A stretch of 64,000 nt of DNA from Deltaproteobacteria bacterium (GTDB lineage: Bacteria > Desulfobacterota > Binatia > UTPRO1). The notes beneath the pieces were generated by a model. The model was not told the DNA's origin, made no database searches, and worked only from the letters and a program-made list of their open reading frames with translations. Of this stretch, positions 10,296-19,003 are shown one piece after another. Every line of letters starts with the position of its first letter. Position 1 is the stretch's first letter. The translations under genes and the position numbers were made by a program. The stretch spans positions 26,024 to 90,023 of the forward strand of contig JADYZW010000035.1 of assembly GCA_020852955.1 (NCBI GenBank), read 5' to 3'.

Positions 10296-11180
10296 TCAGG
10301 CGTCGAGGAGCTTCAACACGTCCCCGGTGAGATCGAAGAGCTGCGCGCACCCGAGCTCGCCGCCGAGCAACCCCGCGCTGCGCTTGCGCAGCAACGCGTC
10401 CACCTTCTCCCCGACCATCGAGCGCACCCGCGCCTGGGGCTCGTCGCAGAGGCCGAGGTACGGCAGGCGCGACGTCGTCGAGTCGGCGGCGACGATCGTG
10501 TCGGTCGCGAGGTCGATCTCGTAGTGCAGGTCGAATCCGTGCACGTCGTCGTGCATCGACGAAAAGAGGTGCAGCCGCTCCCCCGTCCGCACGAGGCGCG
10601 CGAGCTTGCGCCGCACGAAGACGCGCGCGGCGCCGGCGGCGGGGCTGTAGAAGCTCGGCGGCAGGATGGGCACGACCCGGCGGCCGGCGAGCAGCTTCCC
10701 GCCCTCCTCGCTGTACGTGAAGCACGAGCCCGGAAGGTCCGCCCAGCCGCCCATGTCGAGCCGCCGGCACGCCGCCGCGTCGTCGGGCGCGATCGCCGCG
10801 GTGACGGCCGCCGGCACCTTCGCGACCTGGCGCGCGAGCCGCGCGACCTCGAAGACCGCGTCGGCGACGAGCGCGGCGCCCGCGTCCTCCCCCAGGACTT
10901 CGCCGAGCCGCCGTCCGAGGCCCGCGATCATGCGGACGCCCGCGAGTCGCGGCGCCGCCTCACGCACCGCGGGCGCGATCGCGCCGGCGAGCACCCGCAC
11001 CTCGGCGCCGCCGATCTCGTAGCCGGGCGCGAGGCTGCACGTGGCGCGCAGCTCGATCCCGCGCGCGTCGTCCTCCAGCCGCACCGTGTGCGCGAAGCCG
11101 CCCTCCGCGGCGTCGTCCGACCACCCGACCATGCGGCGCTCGTAGCGCCCGCGCGCGTCGAGGACCGCCGGCGGCTTCAC
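10296..11180 (-). CDS. DUF2889-like protein (tandem domains)
   Basis: GTG start overlaps the upstream stop; C-half MHDDVH....LPY..LC...GG..GC..L.DL pattern. Confidence 0.65.
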   Translation of the reverse strand: MKPPAVLDARGRYERRMVGWSDDAAEGGFAHTVRLEDDARGIELRATCSLAPGYEIGGAEVRVLAGAIAPAVREAAPRLAGVRMIAGLGRRLGEVLGEDAGAALVADAVFEVARLARQVAKVPAAVTAAIAPDDAAACRRLDMGGWADLPGSCFTYSEEGGKLLAGRRVVPILPPSFYSPAAGAARVFVRRKLARLVRTGERLHLFSSMHDDVHGFDLHYEIDLATDTIVAADSTTSRLPYLGLCDEPQARVRSMVGEKVDALLRKRSAGLLGGELGCAQLFDLTGDVLKLLDA

Positions 11181-12568
11181 GCGCCGAAGACCTCGCGGAG
11201 ATACGCGTTCAGCATGCGCCCGGCCGGATCGACGCTTGCCCGCACGCGGCGGGCGTCCTCGAACTTCGGATAGAGCGCCGCGAGGTCGGCGGCCTTCAGC
11301 GAGTGCATCTTCCCCCAGTGGGGCCGCCCGTCGTAGCGGCGGAAGATCGGCTCCACGAGGTCGAACAGGACCCGGAACTCGTCCTTGTAGTACGCGTGCA
11401 CCGCGATCGATCCCGAGAGCCGGCCGTAGAAGGGCGAGAGCCAGGCGTCGTCGGCCGCGATGACCCGTGCCTCGACCGGAAAGAACACATCCGGGCAGTG
11501 CGCCTCGATCGCGGCCACGACCGCGCGCAGCGCCGGCACCTGCGCCTCGAACGGCACGTGGTACTCCATCTCGTTGAAGCGGATCGGCCGCTCGTTCGAG
11601 AGCAGCTTCCAGCCCTCGTCCACCGCCTCGGTCGGCTCGAAATTCGGCGCAAGCACCTTTTCGGCGATCCAGCGCCGGACGAACGGCATCCGCGAGGTCC
11701 AATCGCGCAGGCGCTTCAGCTCCATGAGGGTCCCGGCGTCCTCGTCGGGACCCCGCGGCCGCACCGCCTCGGTCACCTCGTCGAGCGTGATGGTCGCGCC
11801 GATGCCGGTGAACGGAATCGCGAAGAACTCGACGTTGCGGTGGGCGGCGGCGAGCGCGGGCCAGGCGTCGAGGATGTCGGCGAGCGGTCGCGGCTCGACG
11901 CGCTTCTTGACGCGCGCGAGCGCCGCATTCTGGAGCGTCACCTGCGTCAGCACGCCGAAGGCGCCGAGGCCGACCCGTGCGGCCTGGAAGAGCTCGGGGT
12001 TGCGGGTCGCGTCGCAGTCGACGAGCCCGCCCGCCGGGGTCGCGATGCGGAACGCGAGCACGTCGCCGTGCAGCGCCTTGAACGCGCGCCCCGTACCGTG
12101 GGTCGCGGTCGAGAGCGCGCCCGCGAGCGACTGCTTGTTGACGTCGGGAAGGTTCGGCATCTCCTGCCCGATCGCCGCGAGCGCCGGACCGAGATCGCCG
12201 AGACGGGTGCCGGCGCGCACCGTCGCCCGCAAGCCTCGCGCGTCGTGCGCGATCACCCCCGTGAGCCCGTCGAGCGTGACCAGCGTCCCGTCGGTCGGCA
12301 CGAGCGCGCTGAACGAGTGTCCCGCGCCGACCGGACGGATCGGCGCCGGCGCCTTGCGGAGGAGATCCGCGACCGCCTCCTCGCTCGCCGGCGCGACTCG
12401 CTCGGCGGGGTACGAGTGCAGCTGCCCAGACCAGTTGCGCCAGACGAGGTGCCCGGCCGCGTCCTGCACGGGCGGGCTCGGCGGCTCGGCGTCGCCGGCG
12501 CACCCCTGCGCCGCGAGACCCGCGCCCACCGCGACGGCGCCCTTCAGAACGGTGCGGCGCGCGATCAT
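11177..12568 (-). CDS. Tat-exported FAD-linked aldonolactone oxidoreductase (ALO/GULO family)
   Basis: ARRTVLK Tat motif with lipobox-like AAQGC; WRNWSG, VGAGHSF, GALSTATHGTG, FNEMEY, GRPHWGK. Confidence 0.9.
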   Translation of the reverse strand: MIARRTVLKGAVAVGAGLAAQGCAGDAEPPSPPVQDAAGHLVWRNWSGQLHSYPAERVAPASEEAVADLLRKAPAPIRPVGAGHSFSALVPTDGTLVTLDGLTGVIAHDARGLRATVRAGTRLGDLGPALAAIGQEMPNLPDVNKQSLAGALSTATHGTGRAFKALHGDVLAFRIATPAGGLVDCDATRNPELFQAARVGLGAFGVLTQVTLQNAALARVKKRVEPRPLADILDAWPALAAAHRNVEFFAIPFTGIGATITLDEVTEAVRPRGPDEDAGTLMELKRLRDWTSRMPFVRRWIAEKVLAPNFEPTEAVDEGWKLLSNERPIRFNEMEYHVPFEAQVPALRAVVAAIEAHCPDVFFPVEARVIAADDAWLSPFYGRLSGSIAVHAYYKDEFRVLFDLVEPIFRRYDGRPHWGKMHSLKAADLAALYPKFEDARRVRASVDPAGRMLNAYLREVFGA

Positions 12569-12939
12569 GCCGGGTCACGGCCGGCCAAGAACCGGATGAG
12601 CGCCTCGTAGTCCGCGGGCGTGCACGCGAAGCACTGCCCCCCCGCCGGCATGCCGTTCAAGCCGCCGACCGTGCTCTGCACGAGCGCGGGCAGCCCCTTC
12701 GCAAAGCGCGCTTCCCAGGCCGCGCGGTCGCCCGCGAGCGGCGCACCGGTGTCCGCCACCGTGTGACACGCCTTGCACGACTGCGCGTAGAGGCTCGCGA
12801 GCCGCGCGTCCTTCGGCGTCAGCACCTGGGCCCGGGCGAGCGCGTCGCCGCTCAGATCGACCGGCGCGCCCCCCGACTGGCATCCCGCCACGACGACGCC
12901 CAGGAGCGCCGCCGCCAGCATCGTTCGCCCTTCACGCAC
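12565..12939 (-). CDS. cytochrome c5-family lipoprotein
   Basis: lipobox VVAGC, CKACH haem motif, GAP..GD..AW, GLNGMPAGG.C..C; alternative start ATG 12921. Confidence 0.9.
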   Translation of the reverse strand: MREGRTMLAAALLGVVVAGCQSGGAPVDLSGDALARAQVLTPKDARLASLYAQSCKACHTVADTGAPLAGDRAAWEARFAKGLPALVQSTVGGLNGMPAGGQCFACTPADYEALIRFLAGRDPA

Positions 12940-15900
12940 CGGCGGCCTCCTCCCGCGCGCGCACCGCGCGCTCCAGGTCCTCCGCGTCCTGCTCGGTCAG
13001 GCTGAAATAGCGCGCCTCCGGGTGGTGGAACACGAGCGCGGACACCGAGCCCTCGGGCTCCATCATGAAGCCGTCGGTGAGGCGCACGCCGATCGACCGC
13101 TCGACGTCGAGCAGGCGGAAGAGCCGCGCCTGGTCCTCCAGCCGCGGACACGCCGGATAGCCGAACGAGACGCGCACGCCCCGGTAGCGCGCCTGGAAGA
13201 TCTCCTGTTTCGTGATCCCGGCGGAATCGGCGAATCCCCACATCTCGCGGATCTTCTGGTGCAGCAGCTCGGCGAACGCCTCGGCGCCCTCGAGCGCGAG
13301 CACCTGAAGGATGTGCGACTTCAGGTACTCGCCGGCGGCCTTCCACTCCTCGGCGAGCGCGCGCACCCCGGGACCGATGGTCGTCGCGAGCATGGCGACG
13401 TAGTCGACGCGGCCGGAGTCGCGCGCCGCCGTGAAGTCGGTGAGGCAGAGCCCGCCGTCCTTCGCCTGCCGGCCGAACGCGAAGCGCTCCTTCACGTGGT
13501 CGCCGTCGGGGCACGTGACGACGAGCGCGTCCCCGTCGGCGTGGGCGCGGAAGAACGCGTACACGGCGCTCGCGCGGACGTCGTCGCGCCGGAGCATCTC
13601 GTCCTCGACCCGCTCCACCTGGACCCTGAGCTCGCGCGCCTTCGGATCGCCCGCCGCGAGCGCGTCGGCGAACTTGCCCTTGAACCCGAGGTGGCGGGTG
13701 TAGAGCATCACCGGGTTGATGTACGCGAAGATGGCGTCGAGGTCGTAGTCCGCGAGCACGTGCCGCTTCAGGTCCGGCGGCTGCGGGATCGGAAAGTCGT
13801 GCCGGAGCGCCGCCTTCGTGAAGACGCGGCCGGACTCGCGCGCCGCCGCGGGGCCGCCGCTCCCGACGAACTGCGCCGCTTCCTTCGCGAGGCGCGCCGC
13901 GAGGTCGGCGCGCTTCCCGTCGTCCCGCAGCTGGTTCGCGAGATCGAGGCCGCTCATCGCGTCCTTGGCGTAGACGACGAGCCCGTCGTACTCGGGCGCG
14001 ATGCGCGTGCGGGTGAACTTGTTGGTGAGCGCCGCGCCGCCGACCAGGATCGGGCAGGCGATACCGGCCGCCTTCAGATCCTGCGCGGTCGCCACCATCA
14101 TCTGCGCCGACTTGACCAGCAGGCCCGAGAGCCCGAGCGCATCCGGCGCGTGCTCCCGGCACGCCCGGACCAGCTCCTCGGGCGGCACCTTGATGCCGAG
14201 GTTCACGACCCGGTAGCCGTTGTTCCCGAGGATGATCTCGACGAGATTCTTTCCGATGTCGTGGACGTCGCCCTTCACGGTCGCCAGCACGATCGTGCCC
14301 TTCGTCGACGACTCGCTCTTCTCCAGGTGGGGCTCGAGGTGCGCGACGGCGGCCTTCATGGCTTCGGCCGACTGCAGCACCTCGGCGACGATGAGCTCGT
14401 TGCGGTTGAAGAGCCGGCCGACCTCGTCCATCCCCGCCATGAGCGGGCCGTTGATGATCTCGAGGGGCTTCCGGTCGCGGAGTGCCAGATCGAGGTCCGC
14501 GGCGAGGCCCTCCTTCGATCCGACCAGGATGTAGCGCGCCAGGCGCTCGTCGAGCGGCAGCGCCTTCCAGTCCTCGACGGTCTGCTTGGCCTTGCGGTCG
14601 CGGAAGTGCGCCGCGAAGGCGGCGATCGGGTCCTCGCCGCGCGCCCAGATGAGGTCCTCGGCGAGCCGCCGCTCCTCCTCGGGGATCTCGGCATAGCGCT
14701 CGAGCTTCTCCGAGTTGACGATCGCCATGTCGAGGCCGGCCTGGACGCAGTGATAGAGGAAGACCGAGTTCAGCACCTCGCGGCCCGCGGCCGGGAGCCC
14801 GAACGACACGTTGGAGACCCCGAGGATCGTCTTGCAGCGCGGCAGCGCCCGCTTGATGAGGCGGATGCCCTCGATCGTCTCGACACCCGCGCCGACGTAG
14901 TTCCGGTCGCCGGTGCCGACCGGGAAGACGAGCGCGTCGAACACGATGTCCTCGGGCTCGACGCCGTATTGCGTCGTCAGGATGTCGTGGGAGCGCTCGG
15001 CGATCGCGAGCTTGCGAGCGCGGGTGATGGCCTGCGCCTGCGCCTTGTCCTCGTCGATGCAGCCGACGACGAGCGCCGCGCCGAAGGCCTTCGCGAGGGG
15101 CACGACCTTCCGGAAGCGCTCCTCGCCGTCCTCGAGGTTGATCGAGTTGATGAGCGACTTCCCCTGCGTGCGCTTCAACGACTCGTGGAGCACGTTGGCG
15201 TCGGTCGAGTCGAGCATGATGGGAACCTTGACCTTCTTCACCACCATCTCGAGGAACCGCGTCATGTCCTCGACCTCGGGTCGGTCGGGATCCTGGAGGC
15301 AGACGTCGAGCACGTGAGCGCCGCGCCGCACCTGGGCGCGGCCGATCTCGCTCGCCTCCTCGATCTTGCCCGCCGCAATCAGCTCCTTGAACTTCCGGCT
15401 GCCGAGCACGTTCGTACGCTCGCCGACGATCACCGGCCGCGTGTCGTCGTCGATGACCAGCGTCTCGATGCCCGAGACCGCCGAGCGCCGGACGTCGGAC
15501 AGCGCGCGCGTGGCCTGCCCCGCGGCGCCCCTCGCGAGGCGCTCGATGTGCTCGGGGGTCGTGCCGCAGCAGCCGCCGACGAGGTTCACCCACCCCTGCG
15601 CGACGAAGCGGCCGACCTTCTCGGCCATCATCGCGGGCGTCTCGTTGTAGCGGCCGTTCTCGTCGGGAAGCCCCGCGTTCGGCACGCACGCGACCGGAAA
15701 GCGCGAGAGCGCGGCGAGCGTGCGCAGGTGGTCGGTCATGAAGTCGGGCCCGGTGGCGCAGTTGAGCCCGATCCAGAGGAGGTCGCGGTGCGCGAGCGAG
15801 ACGTAGAACGCCTCGATGTCCTGGCCCGCGAGCAGCGTGCCCATGACCTCGATGCTGCACGACACCGCGATCGGCAGCTCCGTGCGGAGCTCGCCCTGGG

Positions 15901-16456
15901 CGCGGTCGATGCCGATCAGGCCCGCCTTCAGATTGAGCGTATCCTGGGTCGTCTCGAGGAGCAGGCAGTCGACGCCGCCCGCGATCAGGCCGAGCGCCTG
16001 CCGTCGGTAGTGCTCGGCGAGCTCGTCCCACCCGACCCCGCCGGTCACCGAGATGGTCTTGGTGGTCGGGCCCATCGAGCCCGCCACGAAGCGCGGCTTC
16101 TCGGGGGTCGAGAACCGATCCGCCGCCGCGCGCGCGATCGTCGCGGCCGCAACGTTGATCTCGTGGGTCTGGTCCTGGAGGCCGTACTCGGCGAGGACGA
16201 GCGGGGTCGCGCCGAAGGTGTCGGTCTCGAGGATGTCGGCACCGCCGGCGAGGAAGCGCTCGTGGACGCCCTGGATCACGCCGGGGCGCGTCAGCACCAG
16301 GTTCTCGTTGCAGCCTTCGAGGTCGGGGCCGCCGAAGTCCTCGGGGCCGAGGTCCAGCGCCTGGATGGACGTCCCCATCGCCCCGTCGAGCACGAGGATC
16401 CGCTCGGCGAGCAGGCGCTTCAAACGTGCTGTGCGGGTCGACCCGTCGTCGCTCAT
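12932..16456 (-). CDS. metH: cobalamin-dependent methionine synthase
   Basis: LDGAMGT, GLNCATG, GGCCGT, pterin domain VGERTN, B12 motif DVHDIG, C-terminal SFGYPACP. Confidence 0.97.
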   Translation of the reverse strand: MSDDGSTRTARLKRLLAERILVLDGAMGTSIQALDLGPEDFGGPDLEGCNENLVLTRPGVIQGVHERFLAGGADILETDTFGATPLVLAEYGLQDQTHEINVAAATIARAAADRFSTPEKPRFVAGSMGPTTKTISVTGGVGWDELAEHYRRQALGLIAGGVDCLLLETTQDTLNLKAGLIGIDRAQGELRTELPIAVSCSIEVMGTLLAGQDIEAFYVSLAHRDLLWIGLNCATGPDFMTDHLRTLAALSRFPVACVPNAGLPDENGRYNETPAMMAEKVGRFVAQGWVNLVGGCCGTTPEHIERLARGAAGQATRALSDVRRSAVSGIETLVIDDDTRPVIVGERTNVLGSRKFKELIAAGKIEEASEIGRAQVRRGAHVLDVCLQDPDRPEVEDMTRFLEMVVKKVKVPIMLDSTDANVLHESLKRTQGKSLINSINLEDGEERFRKVVPLAKAFGAALVVGCIDEDKAQAQAITRARKLAIAERSHDILTTQYGVEPEDIVFDALVFPVGTGDRNYVGAGVETIEGIRLIKRALPRCKTILGVSNVSFGLPAAGREVLNSVFLYHCVQAGLDMAIVNSEKLERYAEIPEEERRLAEDLIWARGEDPIAAFAAHFRDRKAKQTVEDWKALPLDERLARYILVGSKEGLAADLDLALRDRKPLEIINGPLMAGMDEVGRLFNRNELIVAEVLQSAEAMKAAVAHLEPHLEKSESSTKGTIVLATVKGDVHDIGKNLVEIILGNNGYRVVNLGIKVPPEELVRACREHAPDALGLSGLLVKSAQMMVATAQDLKAAGIACPILVGGAALTNKFTRTRIAPEYDGLVVYAKDAMSGLDLANQLRDDGKRADLAARLAKEAAQFVGSGGPAAARESGRVFTKAALRHDFPIPQPPDLKRHVLADYDLDAIFAYINPVMLYTRHLGFKGKFADALAAGDPKARELRVQVERVEDEMLRRDDVRASAVYAFFRAHADGDALVVTCPDGDHVKERFAFGRQAKDGGLCLTDFTAARDSGRVDYVAMLATTIGPGVRALAEEWKAAGEYLKSHILQVLALEGAEAFAELLHQKIREMWGFADSAGITKQEIFQARYRGVRVSFGYPACPRLEDQARLFRLLDVERSIGVRLTDGFMMEPEGSVSALVFHHPEARYFSLTEQDAEDLERAVRAREEAAGA

Positions 16457-16654
16457 GCGCGTGGCTGCCTCATGGTGGACCCTACCTTTTAAGGGGCGCC
16501 CCACGGCGGTTCAACCGGGCCTCCCGGCCATCAGGCGCCAGTTTTCGTTTGACGCTGCCCGCACGGCGACGATAGCGTTTCCCGTCGGGGGTGGTGAGCG
16601 GTGGCGGTGGCGCTGAGGAAGAGCGGTCCGATACGGGACCCGTGCGAGCCCGTG

Positions 16655-18877
16655 ATGCGTCCGCACGGCGGCGGCTGGGCGTTGGCGCTCGGCGCGACGG
16701 CCCTCGGACTCCTGCTCGCGGGGCTCGTGTTCGCGGGCCCGGGCGATCTCGACCGGGGCTTCGGCGACGGCGGCGTGGCCACGACGGCGGTCGGCGGGGT
16801 GCCGAACACCGCCTACGCGCTGGTCGTTCGCCCCGACGGCACGATCCTGGTGGCCGGCACGACCGGCGCCGACATCGACCCGAACGACCTCGACGTGGCC
16901 CTCGTGCGCTACACGAGCGCCGGCGTCCTCGATCCGAGCTTCGGCACGGGCGGCATCGTCCGCACCTTCGGCCCGTTCGAGGACACGGCCCACGCGCTCG
17001 CCCTCGCTCCCGACGGAACGCTCGTCGCCGTCGGCGCGACGACCGACGGCACGACCGCCGACCAGCAGTTCGCGCTGTACCGCTATCGCGCCGACGGCGC
17101 GCTCGATGCGGCCTTCGGGACCGGCGGCCGCGTCGCCACGACCGTGAGCCCGGGCGACGACCACGCCGAGGCGGTGGCGGTCCAGCCCGACGGCCGCATC
17201 GTCGTGGCCGGCGCCACGGAGGGGCGCGGCGATTTCGCGGTCGCCCGCTACGAGGCCGACGGCGACCTCGACCCGACCTTCGGACGCGGCGGTACCGTCG
17301 CGACCGACGTCGCCGGCGGGAGCGACGTGGCGTACGCGGTCCTCGTCGAGCCCGACGGCGCGATCCTCGTCGCCGGCACGGCGCAGCTCGGAAGCGGCGG
17401 CGCGAACGCGTTCGCGCTCGTCCGCTACTACGCCGACGGCGAGCTCGACGCGGGTTTCGGCGACGGCGGCATCGTGGTTACGAGCTTCGGTCCGTTCGAC
17501 GAGGCGCGGGCACTCCTGCGCGACCCCGACGGCAGGCTCGTCGTCGCGGGATCCTCCTTCACCGGCGAGTCCTTCGAGTTCGCGCTCGCGCGCTACACGC
17601 CCGACGGCGCGCTCGACCCGGGCTTCGGCGACGGTGGACGCGTAACGACGCCGGTCGGCGCGGGGCGGTCGCTCGCGCGGCAGGCCAACGGCGCCTACGT
17701 CGTCGCCGGCGAGGGAGCGCGCGACGGCCTCCCGGCGGTCGTGCTCGCCCGCTACGCCGCGGACGGCGCGCTCGACCTCGGCTTCGGCGACGGCGGCGTG
17801 GTCGCCACCACCGGAGGACGCGCCGCCGCCGTCGCGGTCCAGCCCGATGACGATCTCCTCGTCGCCGGCACCACCGTGCTCGACGACTTCGTCGTCGCCC
17901 GCTACGAGGTCGGCGCCGTCCGGCGCTGCGCCGATGCCAATCGCGACGGCGCGATCAGTGTCACCGACGGCGTCCTCGTGCTGCGCGCCGCGGCCGCGCT
18001 GCCGAGCGAGTGCGCGGCGCTCGTCTGCGACCTCGACGGCAGCGGCGCCATGTCGGTGACCGACGGCGTCAACACGCTCCGGGCCGCCGCGGAGCTCGCC
18101 GCCACGATCGCGTGTCCGGTGCCCGCCGTCGACCTCGTCCGCGGCGTCGTCGGTCCGGACGGCGTCGCCGCCGCGCTCGCCGTCGAGCAACCGCCCGCTC
18201 CCGCCAGCGGCGCCGCGAGCGTCGTCACCAACCTCGCGGGCAACACCACCGCCGACACCGGCGCGACGGCGAGCGTCACCGCGTTCTTCGAGACCGACAC
18301 CGCCGCAGCCGCGGCCGCCGGCGACGCGGCGCTCGTGATCGCGACCCGGGTCGGCGGCGACCGCTGGACCGGGTACTGGCAGATGCCCCTCGCCGCCGAC
18401 GCGACCGAAGCGACCGTCCGGCTCCAGTATCCCTCGAGCTTCGCCGCCGAGACCTTCGACCTGCTCTTCGCCGTCCGCCGCGGCGGCGTGCTGAGCGCGT
18501 ACGCGAGCCTGACGCAGCGCACGCGCGTGGTCGGCACGCCGACGCGCACCGCGACCCCGCGTCCGACCGCGACGCCGAGCGCGAGCGCCACCCCGCAACC
18601 GCCGACGCCGACCAGCACCGGCTCGCCGGTGCGGACCGCGACGCCGACGCGCACCGCGACCGAGACCCCGACCCGCACGCCGACCCCGACGCGCACCCGC
18701 ACCGTCACGCCGACCCGCACGCCCACCGCGACCCGGACCGCGACCGCGACGCCGACCCGGACCGCCACGCCTTCCCGGACCCGCACGCCGACCCCGACCC
18801 GCACCCCGACCGCCACCCCGACCCGCACGCCGACCCCGACGCGCACCCGCACGCCGACTCCGACGCCGACCGTCTAG
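16655..18877 (+). CDS. secreted protein: 7 delta-60-type beta-propeller repeats, dockerin-like pair, C-terminal Pro/Thr tract
   Basis: seven G.LD..FG.GG repeats with F..ARY; D.N.DG.ISVTD pair; (TPTR)n tail. Confidence 0.85.
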   Translation: MRPHGGGWALALGATALGLLLAGLVFAGPGDLDRGFGDGGVATTAVGGVPNTAYALVVRPDGTILVAGTTGADIDPNDLDVALVRYTSAGVLDPSFGTGGIVRTFGPFEDTAHALALAPDGTLVAVGATTDGTTADQQFALYRYRADGALDAAFGTGGRVATTVSPGDDHAEAVAVQPDGRIVVAGATEGRGDFAVARYEADGDLDPTFGRGGTVATDVAGGSDVAYAVLVEPDGAILVAGTAQLGSGGANAFALVRYYADGELDAGFGDGGIVVTSFGPFDEARALLRDPDGRLVVAGSSFTGESFEFALARYTPDGALDPGFGDGGRVTTPVGAGRSLARQANGAYVVAGEGARDGLPAVVLARYAADGALDLGFGDGGVVATTGGRAAAVAVQPDDDLLVAGTTVLDDFVVARYEVGAVRRCADANRDGAISVTDGVLVLRAAAALPSECAALVCDLDGSGAMSVTDGVNTLRAAAELAATIACPVPAVDLVRGVVGPDGVAAALAVEQPPAPASGAASVVTNLAGNTTADTGATASVTAFFETDTAAAAAAGDAALVIATRVGGDRWTGYWQMPLAADATEATVRLQYPSSFAAETFDLLFAVRRGGVLSAYASLTQRTRVVGTPTRTATPRPTATPSASATPQPPTPTSTGSPVRTATPTRTATETPTRTPTPTRTRTVTPTRTPTATRTATATPTRTATPSRTRTPTPTRTPTATPTRTPTPTRTRTPTPTPTV
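18536..18874 (+). repeat. low-complexity Thr/Pro/Arg coding repeat
   Basis: degenerate tandem accccgacccgc-like units encoding [13 protein letters not shown]. Confidence 0.9.
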
Positions 18878-19003
18878 GGAAGCCACACGGATCGCGTCCG
18901 AGCGAACAGGCCGAGCCGCCGCGAGCGCAAGGCGCGGGGCGCGGCCGCGAAGCGCCGCGGCCGTGGGCCCTGGTCCGGCACCTCACGGGCGATCGCGGGA
19001 ACC

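Noticed and set aside
13022..16492. Long antisense and alternative-frame ORFs (also 22440-26585, 30749-34903, 58177-61458 and many others)
   Set aside because: Shadow ORFs expected at very high GC; Arg/Ala/Gly-rich with no motifs, overlapping well-supported genes.
18536..18874. Tandem repeats as a CRISPR array or non-coding VNTR
   Set aside because: In-frame degenerate codon repeats for Thr/Pro/Arg with no repeat-spacer structure and no cas genes.
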